NCBI GenBank assembly: GCA_964035545.1 | Contig: OZ037771.1 | Coordinates: 15,003,133 to 15,067,132 of the forward strand | Length of the DNA stretch: 64,000 nucleotides | Direction of reading: 5' to 3' | Source: Bugula neritina | Taxonomy: Eukaryota > Animalia > Bryozoa | Shown: positions 1 to 12,894 of the stretch, one piece after another | Numbering within the stretch: the stretch's first letter is position 1 | Layout of the letters: each line of letters starts with the position of its first letter | The notes under the pieces: generated by a model | Databases searched by the model: none | Seen by the model: the letters and a program-made list of their open reading frames with translations, nothing else | What the model was told of the DNA's origin: nothing | Made by a program: the position numbers and the translations under genes

Positions 1-511
1 GTAGTGAAAGTTTAGCACTTGACCTAAAAGTTACATAATTGAATAATTTTCATTTAAATGCTAAATCGAATATGTTTTAATATTTGAAATTATATTTACA
101 AAAAAATATGTGCTTATAACTTTGGGTCAGTAAACCATGACTTTTAAGGCTTCTAATTGTGCACATATTATGATGAAAAATTGCAGCACAATGAAGTTTT
201 AGCTAAAAATGACAAGCAATTAAATCAATTTGAACTATAAGATCAAGTAAATCATGCGTCTAACTATGAGTTTTACATTTTAATGACGACTAACTTTATG
301 ACTGTATTACATGATGTGCAAAACAATAGGTTTTAAACTCTATGCATATCATTTTTGTATGCTAGACTTTCCCTGTACTAAAATTAAGCGCTTGCAACAA
401 GGTTATGTGATGCGAAAAAGTTTACTAATTCAAACCATACATACCACATGTTTTCGCTACCACAATCTCTACACAGCAACCTCGTTGGGAAAGCAGGTTG
501 AGTTGGCATAC

Positions 512-3500
512 GAGTCTCTCAATGCCCAGTGCTACTGTTATCAGAGACATTACACCTATCCATAGCCACAGACTCGTGTACACCTTGACGTGATGATATA
601 CACTCTGTGCAAGGTTGTCTATACTTCTTGACCCAATGTGACCTTTCTTTACACCATCGGTTAACCTGTGCAAAAGAGGAGCTTATTTTAATGACTATAA
701 CTATTCGATGTTTATTGTTGTGTTGTTTGATTGTATTATGCACAATTTTCAAATAAGATGGTGGCTTTGCGATTCTTCATGATATAAGCTATTAGGGTAG
801 TATAAACTTATAAGCTACTGTTAAATTAGTGTTGATAGAACTCGTTACTATAATACTGACACATTTACAGTGAAAAGAACTTTTTTTAGTAACACCACAA
901 AGTTTCTATTTTTTTAAAAATATTTTCTGTCTAAATTATGAACTTTTTTACACTAATCAGTTGATGAAATTAGCTGCTAAAGCTAATCCAAAAAAATAGA
1001 AATAAGGCACACAGCGCGTTGACATACTGAATATTTAAATTGTCATAAATCATGGGATTCTGTTGCAGCAGGCCATTGAGCTCTTCAAAAGTAATAGAGT
1101 CAGGGCTTGAGAAGTCAGTGTGTGACCTGTTGCTATGGCAACCTTCTTTTGCTTTTGTAAACAAAACATCTGTCAGTAGGTTAGCGTTTGTGACGTCATT
1201 GCTGAGCTTACTGTTCGCCAGCCCTTTCTGAAAGGCATGCTTTAACTCGCTCCTCTCTAGTTTCCCATCTCCTACATACACACATGAATATCAACTAGCA
1301 ATAAGGCCCTTATTGTCTTGCTGTGTCACTTAATGATGCAGTGAGCTGCTCAATATATTGAAATACTATGGATTACAATAATAAGATTAGATAATGTGGC
1401 ATAGATATACAACATTCCAAACAAAACACCTGTTTTCTGCTAAAGTTGAAAAAATTGCCCATGTTTTGTTTTATGTACATGTTCTAAAAGCCTCTGTAGC
1501 TTCAACTGAATAAAACTGTTATTTTTTTGTCAACGCCTGCATGATTAGCTATGCAATAAAGCTGCATAGCTAGATTTAGAATATATCTATAAAATAAAAG
1601 TCCTTTTAATGCAGGTTAAGAAAGTAAATAAAGCATATAAACAAAATTGCAGCAGCATCTAATTGCCACAATTCTAGTCGCAAGATTGCAGAATTTGTGG
1701 TGTAGAGATCAACTAATAAGGAGCAATATTATTGTACCAGGAAATGACCTAACTATATAGTAATAGTTAATGGCTCAACCATGATATGGTTATAGTTAGG
1801 AGCCTAAGAATAGCATAGATTCAGTGAGCTGTGACAGTAACAGCTCATGACACTTACCGTTCTGGTCGTAGATAGCAAAGAGAAATCTAAGCTTCTGAGA
1901 GCTGTCGCCCAGGACTAAAGTTGACATCGTGGCAAACAACTCTCTCCTGTCCACTTCACCATCTCCGTTTGTATCCGCCAGTGAAAATATCCTATTGGAC
2001 AAGAACTCCTAAGTCGTTCAAAGTAAAGTAATAGGTAAAGATTAAGTTATGCTTTTGCATATCATAGTCGCCCATGCATTGGGCTTTTCTCTTTAGCTGA
2101 AATGGTGACTATAACTAAAAATTGGTAATAAAGCAAACACAGTGCTGAGCTGATTTACTGCAAGTTAAAATATTACCCTAAAGGTTTGCTAGCAAATGCT
2201 AAATGCTAAAACTATAAAAACTAGTATTGTGGGAGTTGCCTGCCCGTAATAGTCACCGAGAGTCTGTTTAATTCAAAAGTAATTTGCTATCAGTCAAAAT
2301 CAACATTATATCTTTAGCAATTACTTTTAATTTGTAGTCTGAAAATCAACCAGTTTAGCTTTGTAAAGAGACATTTGACTACCTGCATCTACAAATCTTT
2401 GTTACAATTGCTTTTCGAAATCATCTTGCTAGTATATAGATAATATATAAATGTTTATAACAGCAATGGTATATCTGTATACACATGATATCTAACAAGG
2501 TTTACTGAGCATATATATACCTCTAGCTGGAAAATCTGTAGAAATTCTGACAGAGTTATACTTGGCTTGTTGCCAATGATGGTGTAGCACTTCCTTTGAA
2601 TATCCGCCCACCATTCCGTTTCCTCTTCGTAGTGATCTACCAAAGACCTTGCTCTCTTGAGAACCTGCCTCTTCTCTTCTCCATTTCTAGTGACATACTC
2701 ATATAATACTTGCAGCAACTAAAACCAAGCATCACACATATTTTATTGTACTGCAAAGAATAAACATGCCTAAGAGTACAATTTTAACTGTGATAAACAA
2801 AGAATTGGAAATTGAGCAAGAGATTTATGTCGTCAGCTTTAATTCTTAAATATTGATTATACACTTTTCTTCATTGAATATTTTTTTCCTGCTATCTACA
2901 ATAACTATGCTCTACATATTGTTTACTTGACACTGTATGCACCATGTTTGAAGTTGTTATTCTACAGAGAGATAGCTATAGTGCTAGATAGCAAAAGCAT
3001 TGGAAAACTTCCTCAGATTGTTAGTTTTTGCAATCTCCAATTGTAATTATAATATATTACATTATACTATACATACACTGGGTTTGAACCCCAGTAAAGG
3101 CCATTGATGATGTTAGGAAGAGCATCCAATCATAATTGCTCCTGTGCCTCATCTGAATAAGTCTTTGGCCCAGTTAACAAAAATCCCTTTCCATCAGGGG
3201 TTTCTCACAGGGATGGTAACTATAAACTCGCTTGAGTTTTTATACTATGCATACACTATATGTGTATATCGCATGTATGCACTGTATTATGTAAATGCTG
3301 TACACAAATTCTTCTTTAAACATTATACTAGACATCATTAAATTAGAACTTTTTCTACCTGAGCAGAGATGTGCTGAATGAAATGTCCCACCATGATGTC
3401 ACATCTAGTTTCTGAACACAAGTCTATAAACTTGTCAACTTGATTTGTTATAGAGGTCAAGCTTTCTCGCTGTCTGCAAGCTATCATGGAAGAGATGGTG

Positions 3501-6500
3501 CTGGAGCAGCCACTATAATGTATTACATAAAATTATATGAACAAATAATATGAAATAGTTTTAAAGTGTGTTTGCACACTATTATATTTTCAATAGGAAA
3601 ATATCTTAATGCAGTTATATAAAAGAAGCTAAAAATATTTGTAAATGTAAGCAATATTTTATTAATATGTTTATCACCAATAATCAAGATATGTTTTCTA
3701 TAAAAACTTTTTGCAGACCAATCATTATAATACATATAACAATACATTCATGATTGCAAAGGAATGTAGCATAATTTCTAGAACCAAGTTCCTATAGCAA
3801 GTCAATATTTATATAAATGAATTTTTAAACATATAATATTAACACTACAAACTGAACTATAAAATATTTGCTGCCCACTGAGATTCGAACAAGCAGACGT
3901 GATAACCAATTACATCACAAGGGCTACAGAGTAATCAAAACAATACGTGTTATTGTTTTGTTATCATGTGAAACTGTAAAATGCTGAGAATTACTTTTGA
4001 GATCTGTGCTCTGATTGGTTGGGCATAGAGGAAGGCCATGACACTTGTAGGTCAACGGTAAGCAGACGTAGTGCAGATATCAGCTCCTGCTTACTCAAAT
4101 TATCTACCTTCTCTTGGAATAACAGGTTTTCAAATAATTTTCTGGACTCTGAATCTGTGGCCTATAAAAACAATAACATTTATTGTCTTATTTCTTATTT
4201 TATGAAATTTTACACTGCAGTGGTAATTAGCAACAAAAACTCTTTGTTTTATATCATCCATTAGAAGCAAATAGTGGATTATGGCAGATGGAGCTACAGG
4301 AAGATTGAACTAATTAACTATTAGTTGTCAATAAAATTTCAAAACCTAAACAAACCTCCCCAAAATATCTAAAAGGCATATGCAGTCCTTAGTGTAGACA
4401 ATTGATTACAATTATTCATATTATGAACTAAATATATTAAATAATATAATAGTATATATAAAGTATTGGGAAACAAAAAACAGTCTTCAATTATTATTTT
4501 ACTTGAATTTTATTAAATATAACCGAAGAATACAAATACAGTTTAATGTATATTATGCATTGTATAATACCAAATTTTGAATATAATATGATTTGTAGAA
4601 TGACACGACTAGTTTACTGCATGTAAAGGTCATATTATAAGGTTTTAAATGCAGCTGTAAGTCAAATAAAACAATGAACTAAGGAGGTCACATGGGTACA
4701 TTAATGCAATATGGCAGTTCAATAATTTGTGTCAAACAACTTTAGAGATTAGTTTAAAGGGTAACCACCACCTGTTGTTAGCAGATATAGTTATGTAGTA
4801 TTAACTTGTTCATTGACTTTATTCTGCATGTTTGAAAGCTATATATACTGTAGTTTATTTACTGGTATTAATTTGATTTTTAAATAAATTTGATTCAAAT
4901 ATAATTTAAAAATGGAGACTGAACACTTTGAAAAGACCATATCAAGGATATCAGCGGCGTGTTATATTTATATTTAGTTGCAGCTGCTTCGCACATTACA
5001 TTAGTATAGTAGCTAAATAACGTCTAGTAATAGTAGTTCTAGTAATAGTAGTTCTATAGTTATAATTTATGTATTAAAATGCTTTTTTATGATTAGGCAA
5101 GTTATGAGAAATTAAACACATGCAAATTTTAACGAAACATTTATGATCAGCTTTTTAAAAACAATGCTACCGCCAAATATTTCCGTAAGTAAATATATTT
5201 TAAATAATTTAGTCATATTGTAATGCAATACGTAGAATTTTCTTACACGTATATAGAAATAAACTTACCAAAGGAAAGATACTCTGTAGATCCTGAAAAG
5301 TCAGTTTTTCATAAGTTGAGTTTTTCAGTCTCTTGTATATGGAGTTCACTGCATCTACTTTTCTGTTCACCATGAAACTCTCTTCCACCGTGTTACTAGC
5401 TGTAGAGATCCTACTTTGTAATCTAGTAGTGGTGTGGTAGCCCTTAGTCATGCTGTCTTCTTCAGTGGCCATGTGATCATCTTCGCCAGTCTTACGATCA
5501 CCCTTAGCCATAACATCACAACTTGCATTATCACTTTCTTTGCTGTTGCTCATTTTATTTACCAAGTCAACACTCTCAGAAGTTGTGTCATCTTGTATAC
5601 TACTTATCTGACCAGTCCCAGTAGTCATGTGACTAGTCCCAGTAGTCATGTGACTAGTCACAGTAGTCATGTGACTAGTCACATTAGTCATGTGACTGTC
5701 CTGCGTTACTATGTGATCACCCAAAGAAGTAGTAACTTCATGGCTTTTGGTAATCATCTGACATTTTCTATCAGTCATGTGATCACCTGTGCCAACCATG
5801 TGACCATTTTCAGTAGCCACGTGATCGCTTCTGCTGCGTTCAATCAATGTGATAAGGTGATTGCCTTTTGTTGCACAGTGAATATCTCTATCCTCACTGG
5901 TCATGTGACTCTCCTGATCTGTCATGGTACTGGTCATGTGACTCTCTTGATCTGTCATGATACTGGTCATGTGACTCTCTAATTGATCTGTCATGGTACT
6001 GGTCATGTGACTCTCTAATTGATCTGTCATGGTACTGGTCATGTGACTCTCCTGATCTGTCATAGTACTGGTCATGTGACTTTCCTGATCTGTCATGGTG
6101 TCTAGTTTGTTTTCTATAAAATATATAAAAAACTGTTAATAAATCCAATAATAATAATTACCACAACATATAGTATATAATTCATTTCTTCTGTCATATT
6201 TTGCATATTATGGTTATAATAGACAGAAAAAATTTCTTAGCTGTCATCTAAGTTAAGCAAACGATAAAGTCAATTTTTTATAAAAGAATTTTTCAATTAG
6301 CACTTATGAATTCATTCAATATATCATTTCTATGGTCAATTAAACATTACAGAAGCCTTATAAAGCTATTTTGTAATAACATTATTTATAATATTTTTTA
6401 AAAATATATTGTAAGTACAAGACACATCACATGCAAAGTAGGTAATTTAGTGTTTTAAAATTTCATTTATTATAATAAATAAAGTTAAACCCACCGACTA

Positions 6501-7337
6501 CATGCAGTTGCTAGTTAAAGCAAACACCAGAGTGCTGTTAAAATTGTGCCTTGTGTTAAGTTCGGTGTAACCAAATAAAAATGATGTAGTTTCCAATAAA
6601 TATATCCTCATAAATTGAAGTAATAAACAACACGTGTGGCCATACTATATATTGGGCTTTGAACTATAAGCAGGGTTATATTATTCAATCACATTACAGC
6701 AGTTCATAAAATATATCTAATATAATTGTCTATATTGATGATAAGTTCATTGGGAACAATATATAACAGGTGTTACATCAGTTTGCACTTGTGAATATTT
6801 ACTGTAGGGTGCATCAATAGCTGCATGATGATTGATCAATTGTTTGCTAGAATAGAATTTTCAATTGTTGCTGGTACTATTATGTAAAATACTAGTTAAA
6901 ATCAGCACACATTATTGGAATTCAATATTTATTTCAGTTATATATTTTGCTTGAAAACCAAGAGACAAAATTTAAATTTGCAGTTATAAAAATATATCTT
7001 CTTTTTTGTTATTCAAGCTATTTAAAACTTATTCCATCCCAAATTATATTATATTTTAACAAACTAAAATTAGATTGGTTGAATGTCAAAACCAGTAAGT
7101 TTTAAAAAAAATATCTGATTATTATAGCAAATTTAGTAAGCTTTCTTCAATTTTGGAAGCCAAGTTAAGCAATCAAAAGTTCGATCAACTAGTTTATACA
7201 AATAATCCATTCATATTGTTAGCTACAAAAACTGAAAATTGTAAATTAATTAAAGTATGGTAATTTATTGTAACAACTGGCAATAAAAATCTTATTTTAT
7301 AAAACATAAAAAAGCATCCTATACCTCCACTTTTCAT
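512..7337 (-). CDS. NOX5: NOX5-like Ca2+-activated NADPH oxidase, 5' part (continues beyond left edge)
   Basis: Frame-consistent GT-AG exons (minus): 7337-7325 (MKSG, tentative start), 6113-5269, 4161-3995, 3512-3359, 2718-2521, 2008-1858, 1271-1028, 665-512. Protein follows the NOX5 N-terminus: WWADIQRKCYTIIGNKPSITLSEF, RIFSLADTNGDGEVDRREL, KLRFLFAIYDQNGDGKLERSEL, ITFEEL..QQNPMIYDNLNI, then a first TM segment (YHHVKVYTSLWLWIGVMSLITVALGIERL). No peroxidase domain is visible, so DUOX is disfavoured. The catalytic core is outside the window. Confidence 0.8.
3078..3240 (+). mobile_element. SINE family A, 5'-truncated copy
   Basis: B-box-like GGGTTTGAACCCC followed by the body ggccattgatgatgttaggaagagcatcc...ctcctgtgcctcat, shared with copies at ~8970, ~18220 and 37730-37941. 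Confidence 0.75.
5620..6096 (-). repeat. Coding tandem repeats in the large NOX5 exon (33/36-bp TDQ(L)ESHMTSTM units and 21-bp TSHMTT units)
   Basis: Six 33-36 bp units at ~5895-6096 and four ~21-bp units at ~5620-5700, all built on GTCATGTGAC; frame is preserved. Confidence 0.9.
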
Positions 7338-8969
7338 ATTTCGGAGGTCTGCTACAATGTCATAAAGCTTCACACTTTATATATACCAAAGTGTTTAGCT
7401 AATTATGCACAGTTATTTAACATTTTTCAAAAATAAAGGTATATGATTCAAAGCATTTATACAATTTGATCAAAATAAACTCATGATCCCAGATATATCA
7501 CTTAAGAAAATATTGCGTATGTTAAGCTAAATAAATGGTTATATAAATCATATTGTATTGAGCTCTACACTTACCTCTACAGGGTGTTGCAGGTTATATA
7601 CATGCCAATTCATAAGGAGAGGCTTGGTTACTACCAGCTTGTGATTGATTTGAAATTACTCTTTATTACTAAATAATATGCTGAGCAGTTATATGTAGCA
7701 TATGATTATATTTGTCAACTGATTACAACTTGTATAGAATCAATTATATGAGAACATACATGCTACAGTGTTGTTATAAGTAGGTAATTATTTTATGCTT
7801 CTTTTGTGAACTTACTAGAGCGAGAAGACTGCATTTAGAAACTGGAATGTTATTAGTATACTATATGTTAAGGCTATTTATAGCAAATAAAGCTATTGAC
7901 AGCTGTTGGAAGCTTTTAAAAGCTTTATTATGTTAATTCTATAGTATCACTATATGGAGGTCTTAAAGTTACTCGGTCCAATTATAGTTTAACTGATTTT
8001 ATGTTGGCATGCAGATTTGATAGTCTAGTTTTTATTACATAATCTTAAAAGAGCTATAAGTAAATTTTTTTCGCATATAAAATGCTTGTTTATTGTTAAA
8101 AGTTGTATCGTTCAACACACAAACATCCTTTAGGTCTGATATTAAACATTACAAATCGACAATGAAACCTATCAACCAACACTATATAATATAGCTAAAT
8201 AATTGAGCTTTCATGAAAAGCTGCTATAAATTTATTGTTTGTTTATTTTTAGTTCAAATACCACAAATACTTTTACCAAAAAGCATGTGTATGCCACTTT
8301 TAAAGCAATTAATGCAAAGCAAATCCTGCTTACCAACTAGTCTTGAATTAAGAGTGGCAAACTTTAAGTCAATTGTTCAATAATAGATTGGGGTTACAAG
8401 TGGAATGGCAGGAAGCCTAATCAAGGTCAGTATACGAGTATAAAAGGTGAGACAACTCTATTATACATCTCAGTGCTGCTGAGTTACCACCACTTCTTGT
8501 TGCAGATGCCGGGACAGCGAGAAGCAGAGTGTCTGGTTTTTGGCTGACGCTGTCAAACATAGGATAAAAGTGTCTGATCTAACCTCACCCTACACTTAGG
8601 ACGGCAGCTTAATTTGGCACAAAGTATTTTGTATTCCTTCTATTCTCTGCTGTGAAAGGGGGCTGAGACAGACAAATAAGCTTGAGAAAACTAAAAGATT
8701 AGTTGCGATGGGAGTTGTCTATTTACAGTTATAAAGAGCATTGAGAAAATTGACGACATGTCCTATTTCATTATACTACATGGCAATACCAACAATGTTA
8801 CAGGTTAGTCAAGTTATATGAGTTGTCTTCTCTCTATTCAATAAATTTTCTTGCAGAGAAGAAAATTGGCTCTTGAAAAGTGTGAGCAATGTTGTTAAAT
8901 TATTAATAATATGAATTATGAAAGATTTTGCTTAAAATTTATGTTAGCTTTCATAGATTTAGTAAACAT

Positions 8970-9135
8970 GAAATCATGGGTACGAACCCCAGTAAAGGCC
9001 ATTGATCATGTTAGGAAAAGCATTCAGTCATAATTGTTCCTGTGTGACATATGAATAATCCTTGACTCAATTTTAAAAATTACCCTTTCCATCCGGGTTT
9101 TCCTTGGAGGTAGTGAATATTAACTTCCTCAAGTT
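8970..9135 (+). mobile_element. SINE family A copy (duplicated at ~18220-18365)
   Basis: gggtacgaaccccagtaaaggccattgatcatgttaggaaaagcattc... matches the other family A copies. Confidence 0.7.
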
Positions 9136-9563
9136 AAAATTCTAATGAACTTTTGTACATGCAGTATTACTTTTGGACTTGAAAAGTTGTTGCTGTATAG
9201 TTACACATACATCACCAACCTTATACAGTGCAATATTTAGCATAGCTGTAATGTAATATAAGTGATGCATGAAAATATAAGCAATCATTTGAATTCCTTA
9301 GTATATAAGGTTACAACATTTAGATTATTTATGTCAAATTATACTGATTGCTATTCTCTGCATTCAGCCATGCATGGGTTGTTCAAAACATATGAATTCC
9401 ATGCATTCAAGTGTGTAGAACTAGTAAGAAGGAAGCAAAAGCTCATTTACCTTGTGATTGTGTAAACATTCTAGTGGAATAACATATTTATAAGTAGATC
9501 ATTCATTTTCAACTGCAGTAACAAACAATATTGTATATATCATATTGCTAGTGGCATACAAGT

Positions 9564-9809
9564 ATGGCAGACAAAACCTTGTCTGGTAAGTTATATGAAA
9601 AAACTTCTTTTTCAAATTTTCATTTTTATTAGGACTTCAAAAAGAGAATATTTATCCAAATTAACTACTAAAAGCTGGCGGTACATCATTTTAGTGACTT
9701 TATAAAGAAGTTATAATAATAATAGCTATTATATAATTGGTTGTAAGTCAGTTGTCACTTATAAATAGTACAAATACTTGCTAATAGCCAAAGGTAAATT
9801 GAAATATTG

Positions 9810-9887
<78 letters not shown>

Positions 9888-10089
9888 TATATAGGGATGT
9901 AGTGGTACCCATACCGTCCCATACGCCGTGTGGTCAAGAAGAAAATAGACTGCTCTAGGCCATACGCCCGCATGGGCATATTTTTGGAAGTGTTACTAAT
10001 GGTTAGTGCACAGGATAGTTAGGGCATCCTCACTGAGAATATCATAAATTTCGCTCACAATCTAGTTTAAGTTCTTGTTATGTTAATGC

Positions 10090-10120
<31 letters not shown>

Positions 10121-10322
10121 TATATAGGGATGTAGTGGTACCCATACCGTCCCATACGCCGTATGGTCAAGAAGAAAATAGACTGCTCTAGGCCATACGC
10201 CCGCATGGGCATATTTTTGGAAGTGTTACTAATGGTTAGTGCACAGGATAGTTAGGGCATCCTCACTGAGAATATCATAAATTTCGCTCACAATCTAGTT
10301 TAAGTTCTTGTTATGTTAATGC

Positions 10323-10355
<33 letters not shown>

Positions 10356-10788
10356 TATATAGGGATGTAGTGGTACCCATACCGTCCCATACGCCGTATG
10401 GTCAAGAAGAAAATAGACTGCTCTAGGCCATACGCCCGCATGGGCATATTTTTGGAAGTGTTACTAATGGTTAGTGCACAGGATAGTTAGGGCATCCTCA
10501 CTGAGAATATCATAAATTTCGCTCACAATCTAGTTTAAGTTCTTGTTATGTTAATGCTATATATATATATATATATATAATATATATATATAGGGATGTA
10601 GTGGTACCCATACCGTCCCATACGCCGTATGGTCAAGAAGAAAATAGACTGCTCTAGGCCATACGCCCGCATGGGCATATTTTTGGAAGTGTTACTAATG
10701 GTTAGTGCACAGGATAGTTAGGGCATCCTCACTGAGAATATCATAAATTTCGCTCACAATCTAGTTTAAGTTCTTGTTATGTTAATGC

Positions 10789-10821
<33 letters not shown>

Positions 10822-11023
10822 TATATAGGGATGTAGTGGTACCCATACCGTCCCATACGCCGTGTGGTCAAGAAGAAAATAGACTGCTCTAGGCCATACG
10901 CCCGCATGGGCATATTTTTGGAAGTGTTACTAATGGTTAGTGCACAGGATAGTTAGGGCATCCTCACTGAGAATATCATAAATTTCGCTCACAATCTAGT
11001 TTAAGTTCTTGTTATGTTAATGC

Positions 11024-11056
<33 letters not shown>

Positions 11057-11260
11057 TATATATAGGGATGTAGTGGTACCCATACCGTCCCATACGCCGT
11101 ATGGTCAAGAAGAAAATAGACTGCTCTAGGCCATACGCCCGCATGGGCATATTTTTGGAAGTGTTACTAATGGTTAGTGCACAGGATAGTTAGGGCATCC
11201 TCACTGAGAATATCATAAATTTCGCTCACAATCTAGTTTAAGTTCTTGTTATGTTAATGC

Positions 11261-11293
<33 letters not shown>

Positions 11294-11495
11294 TATATAG
11301 GGATGTAGTGGTACCCATACCGTCCCATACGCCGTGTGGTCAAGAAGAAAATAGACTGCTCTAGGCCATACGCCCGCATGGGCATATTTTTGGAAGTGTT
11401 ACTAATGGTTAGTGCACAGGATAGTTAGGGCATCCTCACTGAGAATATCATAAATTTCGCTCACAATCTAGTTTAAGTTCTTGTTATGTTAATGC

Positions 11496-11530
<35 letters not shown>

Positions 11531-12894
11531 TATATAGGGATGTAGTGGTACCCATACCGTCCCATACGCCGTGTGGTCAAGAAGAAAATAGACTGCTCTA
11601 GGCCATACGCCCGCATGGGCATATTTTTGGAAGTGTTACTAATTGTTACTGCACAGGATAGTTAGGGCATCCTCACTGAGAATATCATAAATTTCGCTCA
11701 CAATCTAGTTTAAGTTCTTGTTATGTTAATGCTATAGGGGTTGACATGCGTGTTGCCTACTTGTGATTGTTTAGTCTGATGTATGTAAAAGTCAACTAGA
11801 AGTTAATTTTTGTTTGTTTTGCATATTTTAAGTGACAATGCATCTCTATAATAAATACAGAGTTTACAATCAGAAGTAGCAATCTTTTATGTGTAAGTGA
11901 GGCATGTATCATACTTCTCATTTTTAGGTGAATTAGCACATGTTCCATATAGGCTCTTTGCCAAACTTGTCAGTTTATAGGTCAAGCACCAGCTATTTGT
12001 AGGTCAAGCACCTGCAGTTGTACATGTCTCCCAACCAACTGCAGCTTCTCACATCACATTGAACCAGGCAGTTGTGTTCGGTGAAAATCCCGTCAACGTT
12101 ATCTGCCCAACATGTAGAGTTCAAGTTACTACTGTGATCAGCCATGAAGTGAGCTGCATGGCGTAAGTCACATCCTGTGAAAGCACCTGCTAAAAGTGTC
12201 ATAATACATAAGACATTTTGAATGGCATCAATACAGTTATCTTCCATTTTATTGACTGATTGATTTGTAATCTAAAATTTTCTTTATTTTTATTTTAAAA
12301 TCTTTTTCAGCAAAATTAGCAACAAAGTAAACAGTTTCACTTTCCTAAAACTTGATGCTTAATTTATTGTATATAATAGTAACGCACACCATGAGTTTGA
12401 AAACAAAAAGTTAATGGTGCTAAAATTAAGAGTATGAGCTAGTTAAAAAATATTCAGCAGATTCTTGGGATTAGCTGTAAACATAGATTTTCACGTTGGA
12501 GCATGAATTGTCACAAATTTGTTTTGAGTGAAGACTAGTTGATATTCAAATATGAGCCTTATATTTTGTTACCACATATATTTCATGGTAAGGGTATAGC
12601 TTAAGTTTTTTATTACTCAAGCAATTTTTATTGTCATTAACTACCATGCAGTCACTTTTTGAAATTTACCTAAAGCTATACATAATATACTGTAATGCTT
12701 TACTTTCTCAAGATCATAGCTTTAGAATTGCCTTCTCTTTTCATGGTAATTAAACTTATATAACTGGACATGTAATTCATACTTGTAGGTATTGCCTGTG
12801 CGGACTGTGGGCTTTTTGCTGCGAATGTCTGCAGGATGTGGTCCACGGCTGTCCAATCTGTAAAAAAAAGCTTGGCAAATTTGAAAGATTCTAA
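9564..12894 (+). CDS. LITAF-domain protein A (95 aa, 3 exons)
   Basis: Exons 9564-9585, 12003-12162 and 12789-12894 splice to MADKTLSGQAPAVVHVSQPTAASHITLNQAVVFGENPVNVICPTCRVQVTTVISHEVSCMAYCLCGLWAFCCECLQDVVHGCPICKKKLGKFERF*. It has the LITAF CxxC ... HxCxxC signature; AATAAA at 13024. Confidence 0.9.
9811..11735. repeat. Eight-unit tandem array (~196-bp core + 35-41 nt TA spacer) in LITAF-A intron 1
   Basis: Cores start at 9894, 10127, 10362, 10593, 10828, 11065, 11300 and 11537 and are near-identical. A longer (TA)n precedes the array. Absent from duplicate B. Confidence 0.97.

Noticed and set aside
512-2718. DUOX or calcineurin-B assignment for the EF-hand gene
   Set aside because: The four-EF spacing, the NLxI linker and the following TM segment match NOX5, and no peroxidase domain or preceding TM is visible upstream.
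8390-8810. ~400-bp block present in duplicate A but not B
   Set aside because: No TIR, TSD or convincing ORF; cannot distinguish insertion from deletion.
9894-11735. Repeat-spacer array superficially like CRISPR
   Set aside because: Repeats are ~196 bp and spacers are just (TA)n; eukaryotic intron, no cas genes.
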